Shown: positions 49,861-62,129 of the stretch, piece after piece
Position numbering within the stretch: position 1 is the stretch's first letter
Layout of the letters: every line of letters starts with the position of its first letter
From: Macrostomum lignano
Lineage: Eukaryota
Direction of reading: 5' to 3'
NCBI GenBank assembly: GCA_002269645.1
Contig: NIVC01001838.1
Location: forward strand, 62,001 to 126,000
Length of the DNA: 64,000 bases
Translations under genes and position numbers: made by a program
Notes under the pieces: model-generated
Told to the model about the DNA's origin: nothing
Seen by the model: the letters and a program-made list of their open reading frames with translations, nothing else
The model's database searches: none

Positions 49861-52031
49861 TCACATGACTGAACACCAACTCTTGTTGCCAGTCTGTACT
49901 GACTCCAAAGAATCATTGGCAGCGCTTGTCGACGAGGCGGCCTCGCGAACAGTGCTGCTGGAGTCCAGCGTCATCTCGTGACACTCAACCACAGTTGTCA
50001 GCTTGCGGCGGGCCGCCGGCGTCTGCTGACGCCGCACAACGCCGCCGCCGGAAACGCCAGCCGGCGGACTGTCAAACTGGGAACCGGAACTCGACGAAGC
50101 GATGAACTGGACTGAGCGAGCGCTGGACTTCCTGGAGCTGCTGGTAGATTGTCTCTGCGAAGGCTTAGACTTGGCCGCAATCGACTGCCGCTTCGAGGTC
50201 GACTTGGCTTTCACAGCCGAGCTGGAGGCGGTGGCGGCGCCCTTTGAAGTTTTCGCCACAGCCTGGCGACTGCGAGACATTGCGACAGACTTTGATGGCG
50301 ACTTTTTAATTATTGTGGCCTCCTTGACTGGGTTGGCGGCGCCCTTTGAAGTCTTGGCCACAGATTTGCGGCTTCGCTTTGGTGGCGGAGAGGCGGCAGC
50401 CTTTGAAGTCTTGGCCACAGATTTGCGGCTTAGCTTTGGTGGCGGAGAGGCGGCAGCCTTTGAAGTCTTGGCCACAGATTGGCGGCTTCGCTTTGGCGGC
50501 GGAGAGGCGGCAGCAGTTGAAGTCTTGGCCACAGATTGGCGGCTTCGCTTTGGCGGCGGAGAGGTGGCAGCCTTTGAAGTCTTGGCCACAGATTGGCGGC
50601 TTCGCTTTGGTGGCGGAGAGACGGCAGCCTTCGTTGGCGACTTTTTAACAGTTTTAACTTTGGCTGGGCTGCCAAAAAACGACTTCGGAGATTTACGCGC
50701 AGTTGCGGCCGGGCGACGGCGTTTAGCTGGGGAGGCGGCAGCGTCGACCGCTTTGCGCACAGGACTAACGCTAATTTTGCGCTTCCTTGGCTTGGCTAAG
50801 GCGGCAGCGACTATCGGCTGCGAGCTGGGTGAGAGAGGTGGGAAAATTAGAAAATTAGCAATAGACTTGATTCTGGTGGGGTATTTAAGTATGCGATTCT
50901 GGTGGGGTATTTTGGGTATGCCATTCTGGTGGGGTATTTTGGGTATGCCATTCTGGTGGGGTATTTCGAGTATACGATTCTGGTGGGGTATTTTGGGTAT
51001 GCAATTCTGGTGAGGTATTTTGGGTATGCCATTCTGGTGGGGTATTTTGGGTATGTGATTCTGGTGGGGTAAGAGTATTTTGGGTATGCGATTCTGGTGG
51101 GGTAAGAGTATTTTGGGTATGCGATTCTGGTGGGGTAAGAGTATTTTGGGTATGCGATTCTGGTGGGGTAGGAGTATTTTTGGTATGCGATTCTGGTGGG
51201 GTAAGAGTATTTTGGGTATGCGATTCTGGTGGGGTAGGAGTATTTTTGGTATGCGATTCTGGTGGGGTAAGAGTATTTTGGGTATGCGATTCTGGTGGGG
51301 TTGTTCCAATATGCCATATGATTGATATTCGAATCGCTATTTTTACTTCTGCATTCTTGAGTGGAGCCTAAGGATTGCTTTTATGATAGGGTTTTGAAGA
51401 CAGAAGTGCCAGTCGGGCTATATTTTAGGGGTTGCCGTTTTTCAGGGGTCTTTCTAGCAGCTGCTTTTGTACTTAATATATTATACTTTACTAATCTCAG
51501 GACACATTCTTGTTGAAAAAGCATAAATATTAGGAATACAAAAGCTTACGAAAGCGGCTGCTCTTCTTCTATGCGCATTTGCCTTGAGGCTGACTTCATC
51601 ACTGTTGTTTTAGAAGTCAAATTCGTGCCGGAATCGGAAGATGACGTCATAGTAATTTCCTGGCTGCGAGCAGCAGACGTTGTCATGGCAACAGTGCGAC
51701 GCCGAGAAGTCTTGGCAGCAATGGGCGATAGCTTGCGTCCGGCCAGTGTACTTAAGTTAGACAGATCACTGCAGAGTTCAGCAGGGACATGAGTAAGAGA
51801 GATTGAATAAGATTAAAAAACAAACATTTAAGATAAACAAATACCTGGCTGAAACCTTGCTTGGCCCCAATGTCCTTGTGCGTACAGGCGAAGCCCTAGT
51901 TGAGGACAATTTTTTGCTACAATTAAAATAGAGTGATAGAGTGATATAGTACTTTAAAAATGAATCATTTAACATTGCAAAATTTTTTTATGAACATGGT
52001 AAACTTACCTTTGCTGTTTAGAAGTCATCAT
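49861..52031 (-). CDS. Lys/Arg/Ser/Ala-rich basic protein with 19-aa repeats; exons 52031-52009, 51916-51845, 51768-51550, 50824-49861
   Basis: All three junctions are GT-AG and phase 2, giving one open frame. Five copies of SPPPKRSR(Q/K)SVAKTSKAAA. May extend 5' (in-frame acceptor at ~52045). Confidence 0.7.
50870..51300. repeat. 27/33-bp minisatellite (GAGTATTTTGGGTATGCGATTCTGGTGGGGTAA)n in an intron of the basic-protein gene
   Basis: Visible period. Confidence 0.93.
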
Positions 52032-52244
52032 AAATAAATTTAAACTGAAAGGTACAATGGTTAAAATTAAATGTAAACAAATTTAACTTACATCAATCTA
52101 AAAATTTTATGACTAGAAAGCATGCTATAAGCTTGGTATTTTCAGTCAAAACTAATTTTAAAAGCTGAAAAAGATGTAATTAAAAGAATTTCTTTTAAAA
52201 GCTAGTGACAGAAATGCAAGCCATAACTATAAGGCTCTGGTATA

Positions 52245-54268
52245 TCTATATATAAATTTTGTGCTGATCTCTCTGTCTGTCTGTCTGTCTTTGATTTTCT
52301 TGAGAACTATCTGGCTAGTTTTTTCTAATTAGTTTAAAAATTGTAATTACTCAACAATTCAGCCAAGCCAGCCAAGGTACATTGCAAAAATGCCCATCTG
52401 AAAAACGAGCAATCTGTGCATAGTACTAATTAGATGATGAATCACTTAGCATTAATAATACAGTTATAGTTACTCTTATAATTTTCCCAAAATTGAAAAA
52501 ACCAAAAGTAGGTGGAGTTGTAGGCCTTGAAAAGTATAATCATTGTGAATTGTTCTATTGTCTATTATAAGACCTGCTATCACTCTCTAGACTGATCCAG
52601 AATATGCTATGATAATTCAATGCAATTCAATATGCACTTTGATATGATCAATAAACAGTCATTAGCACTCAAGCAATATGCAAATGAGCTATGATCAAAA
52701 TAAAGTAGCTTATAGATAGCCCTAGGCTTTAGTTCCATATGGGTCCTTGCCATGATACATAGCCCCAATCAGTGTGGTCTTGAACTCTAATTTTACAAAC
52801 TTCACTGACTACTAACATTGAAGGCTCTATCACATTGCAACTATCACAGCTAAACAAGTTGAATAAAAGATTATAGATAAACAAATAATTCCATTCCTTA
52901 TGATTTATAGTAGAGATATGTTATCTTTAAAAAACCACTTTAGACAATCAAATAACAAAAATTCACAAGAATTTAAAAGCAACTTTTTTGTCTTAATATA
53001 GGCACATTTCTGTGGCAATGACCATCATACCTACTAAAATGTGTCTTATTTGCTTCTAAAAAAGACTAGTTCCAAAATATATAATTTTTATATAAACTAT
53101 GAATCTTTACTCTGGTCTGGATCATATAGTATACGCCCAAAAATTTGGGCATGCAATCATGCATTGGCCTTGCACACCAAAATTAGGCGTGCACAGTTAG
53201 CATGCATCACTCTTGAGAAAATAGTATGCATTCACACCTAGCATGCACTTGCTTTCCAGTTTTTCAAGCTTGTAAACAATCATTTAAACAAATATTTACA
53301 TGTATAAATTTTCTACTGAAAATAAAACCGCCAAAAAAGCATAAAAAGCAACCAAATTATCTGGTAATAAGGGTCTATTACACAATTTAAAAGGGGTATT
53401 TTATTGTCACAATGCAAAAAGGTCATTTATTGTCATAATACCGATGTATTTTTGAGAATGGGTATACACTATATTTTTTGGTGTGCATTTATATAAGTAT
53501 TAAATTTTTGTTTGGGTGTGCACCTAGCATGATTTGGACTATGGCTATGAATATGATATAGACTTATTATTTTAGGACCAAAAACAAATATAAATGGTCT
53601 TTTTTCATATGCCAATTTAGCATTATATCTTGAAACCTACAATCATCACCACACTCTGGATCATGTAGTTTATGCCCAAAAATTTAAGCAGGCATTGGCC
53701 TTGCATAGGGTCTACCAAGAGTTAGAGATGCATAGTTAGCATGTATCATTCTTAAAAACATGTGCATGTCATAGTTCAGAAGGCTACATGTATGCTAGGA
53801 TTCCCCAGCATACAATAAGGGTCTTACCACCATTTTTCAGCATAAATCGGGGTATATTCTAAGCCTAGTACAGGCCCAATACATGACACAGTAGATACAT
53901 TATTTCAAATGACAATTTTTTGTATTGGCACACAATCCTAGCATATAAGCAAGGTCTCGTCATTTTTTTCTGGCATTAAACCTGGCATAGGCCTACACTA
54001 ATACACAATCCAAAGTATGGTGTGCATGTATACTTGGCATAATGGCATGCACTTGATAGAATCACTTAAAAGAGTTAGTGTTAGGTAGAAAAAAGATAAA
54101 GAATTTCATTTTTAAGTATAAATTTCAAACTTTCTAGGGTTTTTAAACTTGTAATAAGGTTTTAAATGTTTGCATGGATCAATTTTCTGCTATAATTATA
54201 AATGGTATAGACAAAAAGTCAAAAAGCAACCAACTTATCAGCTAAAAAGGGGCCCTTATAAAACCTAG
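52245..54268 (+). mobile_element. Possible third Helitron-like element
   Basis: A|TCTATATATAAAT…(GTCT)n start; AGGGGCCCT followed by CTAGT at 54265; degenerate internal duplications (e.g. ~53130 vs ~53660). Confidence 0.35.
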
Positions 54269-55200
54269 TCTAGTCTAGTCAGGGCCTAGTCAGGATCATG
54301 GCACGCCTACGCCGGAAGGAATCCTATAAAAAGAGTTTGATTGCGCCATGCGCCGGAACTATTCCTATCAAAAAAATTTGCTCGCGCCATGTACCGAAAC
54401 TTTTTGAAAAAAATGCGAAAATCAGTCAATTTACCCTTACCGTTAGAAAAATACTGGTAAAACATGTATTTGAATCTGTTTCATAGAAAATGCAATGTTA
54501 ACGTAAATTAATTAAAAAAGCTGTCAATATACCGGCAAACAAAAAGTGCTAATAAAAAGAAATTACATGCTAATTTTCTGTCACAAAAAATATTGTCTCA
54601 TCGAAAGGTTTGATGTTTGATTTGATTTTTTGTCTTGCGCCATATTGCACCAGATTTTTCTCCTTTGCCTGCTATTGAGCCGGAACGCGCCGGCGCGGTG
54701 CATGTCTAACCCCCTTTTGCGCCGGAATTTTCCGTGAAAAAGGCCATCTTCCTCACTATAGCCAGGCTTATAATACGCAACATAAAATTTTAGGGTGTCG
54801 AAAACCCAAAAATTATTTTTCTATATATTTCTAATAGAGAATTTTTTATTGAAAGGTCTCTCCTTTCAAAGGTTAGCCTTTATAGCTTTAGCCAAATATC
54901 ATTTATCAAATAAATGCTATTCACTCAAAAGGGAAATATTTTTTTCATTGAAATATATAATAGTTGTCATATTAGTTAGTTTTATAGATTTTTATTGGCT
55001 AGGGCTAAGCCTAGCTATAGGCCTATTATATTTTTGAAGCCAGAGTGGCAAACCACAAACTGGAAGTAGGGCGCATCACCAAGATGGCCACATACTTAGA
55101 TGGCCACAGCTCTGAGTGGCTGCTTGGATAAGAATAGGTCTGATTTTCCTCATTTCCTCATTTCCTATTGGCTGTGATCTAGCTTCAATTACAAGTCTCG

Positions 55201-55460
55201 GGGCCTTTTCATATTACCAATTCCAGAACCAGAATCGGTTCGGAATTCCAAGAAAAACAGCAGTATAACTATTAAACTCTGTTAATATTTGACTGCCTTA
55301 ACAACCTAACTTAGCACAATTTTTCACTTTCTTCTTGGCGATTGTCATTCAATAATAAAAACTTTATAGCACGTATCTCCCTCTAGTTATGGAGACAAAA
55401 AGTTATACTTCACAAATTGGTTCTGGTTCTGGAACCAGAGCAAGCAATATGAAAAGGCCC
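55201..55460. mobile_element. PIF/Harbinger-type MITE
   Basis: Perfect 15-bp TIR GGGCCTTTTCATATT and a 3-bp TCG duplication on both flanks. Confidence 0.8.
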
Positions 55461-55714
55461 TCGGAGAAGACATTTCGTTAGTGAAATTAGATTAGTAAAA
55501 CAAAAAAACAATTCCCTTTACAGCAGGTATCACTACACTTACTAAAGCTAGTAGCACTACTAGCACAAGACGTTTGATTTTTGTATCATGGACAATAGTT
55601 TCAAACCTATCTCAATATACTAAAACTGACGTGTTGTTTGTATATGTTAAAGGTTAAAGGTTAGAGGTTAAATTAAGGTATTAGTTACGATAGAAGTAAG
55701 CAAAAATTGGAGTG

Positions 55715-56030
55715 CCCTCTCGTCTCTCATCTTTTCTCTCTTATCTCTGCCCTCTCGTCTCTCATCTTTTCTCTCTCTCATCTCGGCCCTATCCTCTCTC
55801 ATCTCTGCCCTCTCCTCTCTCATATCTGCCCTCTCCTCTCTCATCTCTGCCCTCTCCTCTCTCATATCTGCCCTCTCCTCTCTCATCTCTGCCCTCTCCT
55901 CTCTCATCTCTGCCCTCTCCTCTCTCATCTGTTCTCTCTTTCATCTCTGCCCTCTCCTCTCTCATCTGTTCCCACTCTCATCTCTGCCCGATCTTCTCTC
56001 TCATCTTTTCTCTCTCTCATCTCTGCCCTC
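55715..56030. repeat. 21-bp CT-rich minisatellite (CTCTCATCTCTGCCCTCTCCT)n, resuming at 62118
   Basis: Visible period, interrupted by the LINE. Confidence 0.9.
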
Positions 56031-58029
56031 TTGACTTACTTGACTTAGCTGCAGGGGGCGTCCGGCGGATGCAGCGAGGAGGCGGAAGAGACCGCCCATT
56101 CCGCTAGCCCCTGGCGACCAATGACTTCCGTTGAAGTGGTGTCGCTCAGGGGGACCCGTCGGTCTCGCCTGCAGCGTGGTCCTCCTCACCTCCTCAGGTA
56201 CCGGGCGAGCAGTGGGATGCTCTCGGGCCTGCAAACGTCGGAGAGAACCGGGTTTGGCCCGAGGTGAGTGAGCCTGGCCCTGGTGAAAACCGGGCAGTGG
56301 CAGATAAAATGCTCGGCGTTTTCACTGCCTGAGCGGCAGAAGGGGCACCGCTCCTCGGGTACTTGGCCCTGGAGGAAGCGGTGGCGAGAGAAGCAGCCAT
56401 GCCCGGAGAGGGCCATGCTAACTGGTCTGAGGTCTCTGTGGTTGAGCCTGAGGAGGGCTCTGCGCAGGAGAGGAGAGGGGCAGGGGACGGCCGCACGGGA
56501 TTGCCTACAATTCCGGGTGTCGTGCCGCCTGCGGAGATGCTCGGAGTCAGTCCAGCGCTTAACGCGGGAGTTGATCACCGAGGCGGGGATGGGGGCTCCC
56601 GGGCCCGGCCCCAGCAGCGCGCCGGCGGAGCCAGCCTTGGCCAGCAGGTCAGCGCGCTCGTTGCCGAGGAAGCCGGCGTGGCCCGGGATCCATCTGAGCT
56701 CCACCTGGTTGCCTAGCGCAAGCCCGTTGAGCTGGGTGTTGCAGTCCAGGACGGACCTGGAGCTGGCGGTGCTGCGGCAGAGGGCCCGAAGGGCTGCTTG
56801 GCTGTCAGAGTGAAAAATAAATTTCCGACCGCTAAGCTGCCTTCGGCGCAGCTCTGCCGCGCAGGAGCTGATGGCAAGCACCTCGCTCTGAAAAACACTG
56901 GAGTTGGGCCCAGTGTGCTGGGAGTAGCTCCACACCACTTCTCCCTTGAAGAAGACGCAAGCTCCGAAGCCTGAAAGACCATGCCTCATAGAGCCGTCAG
57001 TTTAACAGTGGACTTCAGAATCGCTCCAGCTGTCACTCGCCTCGTGTCGAGGCTGAACAGTGACCTTTTACCTTTGGCTCAGGAGAAGGGTGGCTGCGAT
57101 CGAGTCCGTGAGGATGTTGAGCCCGCCACACTCCTCGAGAGCCTTGAGGCAGAGGTCAGAGTGCGGGATAAGCGACCGCTTCTTAAAGGCCCGCACTTTT
57201 TTGAAGGCCACCCCAGCATCCAGAAGACGCTGGGTGCTCTTCGCCGCCTCTCCTTTGATATAAATATCCAGAGGAGGGGCACAGAGGAAGGCATTCATGC
57301 CTTCAAAAGGAGTAGAGGGTGGAGCGCTCATAGTCATGCGGCAGGCACTGCCCTGGATTTTTTAGAGAGCGTCGAGGTTGCTCTTGACGCTCCGGCCACT
57401 AGCCCACACGAGGCTGGCGTAACTGATCGAGGGGCGGATGCAGTGTAAATCCACCCCAGCTTCCTGGGGGTGAGCCCCCAGGTGGTGCCCACGGCGCGCC
57501 TGATCTGGACCAGGACAGCCAGGGCTTTTTTGGCTTTAGTTTGAATGTGCGGAGTCCAGTTAAGCCTGTGGTCCAGAGTGAGGCCCAGGCAGCGGACCTG
57601 CTTCTCCATGGAAATTTTCTTTCCATAGAGGGTGAGGGGCTTAATGGTCCAGAGCAGTTTGTTGGTAAACATGACCGCTGTGGTTTTCGACTTTAAGAGT
57701 CTAAGGCCACATTGGTTTGCCCAACGCTCCGCTCGTCCCAGAAAGCCCTGCAGAAGGTCTCTGATGGTATCAACCGAGGGGCCAGCGCATATCGCGGTAA
57801 CATCATCGGCATAGCCCACCTTGAGAATGGGGTCGTGGAGATCACTGCAAAGCAACTCATCCATGACCATGTTCCAGAGAACGGGGGTGAGAACTCCGCC
57901 CTGGGGGCCCCCTTTCTGGACAGGCGCCCAGAGAGAGCTGCCGTTCAGGTGGGCCACAACAGTGCGGTTCCGGATCATGAACATGATCCACCGGACAAGG
58001 TGAGGGTGCGTGGCCCTGGATTCCAGGGC

Positions 58030-58208
58030 CAGGGACTACTCAAACACCGGGACGGGAAACTAGGAAATTTTTACGAGGCTGGTCTTTTATCAGCAGTAGA
58101 AAATAACCATAGACAACAAAGTAACACAGCATCTCTCTAATGCAAATAATTGCCAGCCAGCCTCGTAAAAAATTTTAGTTTCCCGTCCCGGTGTTTGAGT
58201 AGTCCCTG
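58030..58208. mobile_element. hAT-type MITE inserted in the LINE RT domain
   Basis: ~50-bp TIR starting CAGGGACTACTCAAACACCGGGACGGGAAACTA; 8-bp TSD TCCAGGGC at 58022-58029 and 58209-58216. Confidence 0.92.
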
Positions 58209-59836
58209 TCCAGGGCTCTGCAAAAGGCCTCAAAGATGACGTTGTCGAAGGCCCCCTCAATGTCCAGGAAAAGCGAGAGGGCAAAGCCGCTGCCAAGAAC
58301 GGCCCTCTCCAGGAAGTCAACAATGACATGGAGGGCACTCTCGGTAGACCTGCCCGCGCGGAAGGCGTGCTGGTTCTGCGAGAGTGGGAAGCACCAGTCT
58401 CTCGAGGAGCTTGAGGCAGAAAGAAGTGAGGCTGATAGGCGTGAAGGCCTTCACCGATTGGTAGTCGCTCTTTCCACGCTTGGGGATAAAGACCACCCGG
58501 GCCTTTCTCCACGCAACTGGTACATAGCTCAGCTCCACACAAGCTCGAAGGAGACGACAGAGCAGGTCCAGGAAGCGGTGGTTTTTCACCGCCTCGTGCA
58601 AGAACGCTGGGTAGATGCCGTCGGGCCCAGGCGCCTTGAACGGGTTAAAGGACATTGCCGCTCTAATAATGCGGTCTTTGGTGATCATAGACTTTGCTAG
58701 GCCTTGCCCTCCCACTGTGTGGTCAGGCGGGCCCTGCTGAGTCCGAGATTTAGGGAAGAAACTGTTGAGCATTAGCTCTAGAGTCTCTTCCGAGCTCTCT
58801 GTGACCGAGCCATCAGGTCTCTTCACAACAGAGAGTTTGGAAAAACGTTCATAGTGAGGGCCTTGACCACGCGGGCTACGGGGCGAGAGCCCTCAAGCCC
58901 TTCGCAATATTGGCGCCACTTGGCCGTCTTGGCCCTTCTGACCTGGCCCTTAAACTCGTGGATCGCACGGGTAAAGGCCTCTCTATCAGATGGGTCTTTG
59001 GTTTTGAGCGCTCGCCTTTGGAGGGTCCTGGCTCGGCGCCGAAGGGCCCCGAGCTCTGGGTTCCACCAGGGAGCAGATTTCTTGCCTTTGTAGGCCTTTA
59101 GAGGGCAGGCTGCTTCAAAGGCAGTGGTGATCGCCCCGCCCAGGGAGGAGGCGAGATCATCCACCACCTGGCAGTCAGAGAGGTCACGGGGGGTCAAGAT
59201 CCCGAAGGCCGCGGCTCAGCTTCGAGCCAAAGGCGGCCCAATCGGTGTTCCTGACGTTCCGACTCCAAGTGACCTTAGGCTTTTGCTTGGTCGGCCCAAT
59301 GCAAAAGCGGATAAAGCGGTGGTCCGAGAGCGAATCTTCGTCCCACACTCGCCAGCCCGTGACTGCGGAAAGCAGTCCGGGTGAGGCGATGGTGGTGTCG
59401 ATGACTTCGGCCCACCGCCCATTATTGAACGTTGATGCATTGCCCACGTTACAGAAATTGAGGTTTGTGCTGCTGACGTAGGCCAGCAGCTCCTCGCCTC
59501 TGTTGTTGGTGTTCTTGCTGCCCCAATGCAGGTGGTGTGCGTTCAAATCCCCTGCAATGAGCAGCTCGAACCGACGGGACGCGGCGTAGTCAATGAGGTT
59601 GACTAGTGCGCCGCAGACTACTGGGGCATCGCCTGGGAAATAGGCAGATGCTACCAGCACAGGTTTATTTGGAATGAGGTTATTGATTTGAACAACACAG
59701 ATGTCCCCAGTCGAGAGATCAGGTCTCATCCATTCCTCAAAAGCTTTTGCAGCAAAGACCAGAGATCTTGGGCGAGGCTGAGAGTCCGCCATGCAAAAAC
59801 AGTGGTAGCCAGATGGCACATTATTTGGCTTACCTT

Positions 59837-59994
59837 TGTTGTGGGTTGATGGCTTTGCGATAGACATTTTTGTTACGCGACTGCGTTGATGAATTGAACC
59901 ATGCTATTGAGTTATGAAATAAATGATAGACGCGTCAGAGGTCAACAGACCGCTAGACTGACAATTGCTAAAGGCTAAAGCCAAAAGCACAACA
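59837..59994. mobile_element. 158-bp solo-LTR-like insertion in the LINE endonuclease domain
   Basis: TGTTGTG…CACAACA ends, 5-bp TSD ACCTT, internal AATAAA; removing it restores QEPWMTKGKPNNVPSGY. Confidence 0.75.
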
Positions 59995-60125
59995 ACCTTT
60001 AGTCATCCAGGGCTCCTGTACGAAGACCAGGCCCGGAAGCTGTTGCTCTGTCGTGCGCATCAGGTTGACTGACGCCGCCACGCAGTGCTGGGTGTTGATC
60101 TGCAGACACCAGGTAGCCGCTGGCA

Positions 60126-61610
60126 TCAGTGCAGATCGGGCGTTGATGCCAGGAGTTCCTCCTCCTCCTCGGCGCTCACCAGCTTCGGGTCGGGGTCGCC
60201 GGTGTCCATGGGCTCCTCTTCAGCAAAAGGCCCCCGATTGGTCGGAAGGCAGTAGGCAGCGTTCGCCGCCCTTCGCCCACCGGCCACGGGGTCCTCCGCT
60301 TCAGACTGGCCCAATGCCCTGGAGCAGCCAGCCGCCTGGGCAGACGGGTCCGTCTCCAGCCGGCCCTGCCCCGAGGGGTTGGGCCCAGCTGAGACGTCCC
60401 CGCCCTCCCTGGATGAGCTGGTGCGCCTAGGCGTCCAGGCGACCTCTCTCCTCAGCTAGGTGATTTTAGCGGTGCGGACCGCCTCGCTGCGCGCTGGTAC
60501 AGGCCGCGCCGCTTGGTGCTGCGCGTCGGGCGTCGGTCCCCTCCGCCCTCAGCAGCGCGTTCGGCTTTACCCGCGCGGCCGTGCTGCCGGGCGGGGCGGT
60601 TTGCTTTGGCAGCCTGAGCAGAAGCTCGCGCCTCGGCCCCGGCTGCTTCGGCATTCCGCCCGCCCTGCTCACTGCCACGGGGAGGGTCGGCCTCGTAGGA
60701 GCGGATGCGCAGCTTTAAAAAGGCCGACGTTGATGAAGCTGTCGTGTGGATAGCGCCTCATCGAGGCGTCCGACAGACGCTTAAGAGTGTCATGCACCAC
60801 TAGGCCCGCGGCGGGAAGCTCTCGGTTGACTGCTAGCAGTCCTTTCCGGAGCTCGTCAGCAGAGGTAACGACGCTCCTGGCCGGAACCCAGATTCGATGC
60901 CTCTTGGTCCGGGGGCGCTCGTCCTCTCTGCAGAAGGCTAAATTGAGGTCCCAGCTCTGCTCGGGCAGCAGCTCAAGGAGCCGCCGACCCGAGTCAGCAT
61001 CACTGGGCCAAATGAGAAGGCACGAGTCCCTCGTCGCATTCGAATGAATGTTCTGAGGCGTGCCGTTCAGAGTTTGCTTCCACAGGAGGCCATCAACGGC
61101 ACCTCTCACCTGCTTCAGCTAGTCGGGAGACAAGCGCGCGTCCTTCCCCAGAATGACAACCGCCGGTTGCCTCTTTGCCGCATCAGCGTAGGAGGCCCGG
61201 GGGTCGGTGGAGCATTCTTCAGGTGGGCTGTCCACCCTCCCGGCTGCATCGGCCTCCCTATCCTGGGCAGGGACTGCAGTGGGCTCGAGGCCCTCTTCCG
61301 CCACCGCCCCAGATTGGGAAACTTCCGCTGCCACGGGCCGTTGGCCCCTGGCGCCGGTTAGGCTTCCGCCCTCCTTGGCCCGCCTCGCCTTGTTAAGTCG
61401 ACGGCGGGCAGCTCCAGAGGTGGTGCTCAGCTGCTTGGCAGCTGGAGTAGCAGGTGTCTTCTCGGAGGCACCGCTCAGAGTTGGCTCCACGGGTCTCGCC
61501 GAGGCGTCCCCGATGGTAGCAGGTGGTATGGCCGCGGAGTCCACGGCCCCAGCCGAGGCCGGAGGCACTGTGTCATCCACAGCCGGTTGGGTACTTCGGT
61601 TAGAAGCCAT
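60126..61610 (-). pseudogene. LINE ORF1 (DUF4780-like by motif recall), disrupted
   Basis: MASNRSTQ… start; SYADAAKRQPAVVILG…; in-frame TAG at 61119-61121; further frameshifts; ends in TGA overlapping the ORF2 ATG. Confidence 0.75.
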
Positions 61611-62129
61611 TGGCTGGAAGTAAAAATGTGGGACTTCCTGCTGAACACAGGCAAAGAGCCGCAAGGCCGCAAGGCCGCAAGGCCGCAAGGTCGCAAGGCC
61701 GCAACCCCAAACCAAGCGGCAGGCCCCCAAAAAGCAAAATACCACCCTGCGGGGGACCCAAAAGCGCAAGGGGAACCGTTAGCGACCAGACTACTCCCTG
61801 GCCAAGCGTCCATCAGCACGTAGTTACACTGGGACCTTAGAGGGTGCGTTTATATGGTCACACCAGGACCCGGCGCCAACGAATCAGCTCGGCAAGACCC
61901 AAGAGCCTGTCTTAACACCCACGGGACGAGTGCCCTTCGAAGTGCGCCTTGCAAGGTGAAAATCAGGAGACAGAGTCTCTTGAGCTATCAGCCCGCCAGG
62001 GGAGGCAGGTGTGAGCATCGCTGGCTGGGATAAGGGCCATACCAGTCTCATACTGCACAGATAGTTCACCACGCCATTGCGTGCAGGACCCGGGGTCCTG
62101 GGGGCAACAGCCCCGGCTCTCTGCCCTCT

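Larger units (their letters stand above)
56186..60126 (-). pseudogene. LINE ORF2 (AP endonuclease, reverse transcriptase, RNase H), disrupted
   Basis: LQINTQHC…VQEPW, AGDLNAHH, SDHRFI, KAPGPDGI, PISLTS, FLDIEGAFDN, PQGGVLTP, YADD, DGS…FQSEVLAI…SDSQAAL…WIPGHAG…GNERAD, CPFC…EHFICHC; frameshifts, stops and two insertions. Confidence 0.93.
56031..62117 (-). mobile_element. Full-length, inactivated Loa-like non-LTR retrotransposon
   Basis: ORF1 plus APE-RT-RNaseH ORF2; candidate TSD TCTCTGCCCTC at 56020-56030 and 62118-62128; short AAGT(C) tandem 3' tail. Clade inferred from domain order and motifs. Confidence 0.88.

Noticed and set aside
50825-51309. PHQNRIPKILL N-terminal extension of ORF 49861-51309
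   Set aside because: Lies in an intron bounded by a good acceptor at 50825 and donor at 51549
54280-54800. Element with recurring GCGCCGGAA motifs
   Set aside because: No convincing TIR, TSD or coding signal to define it
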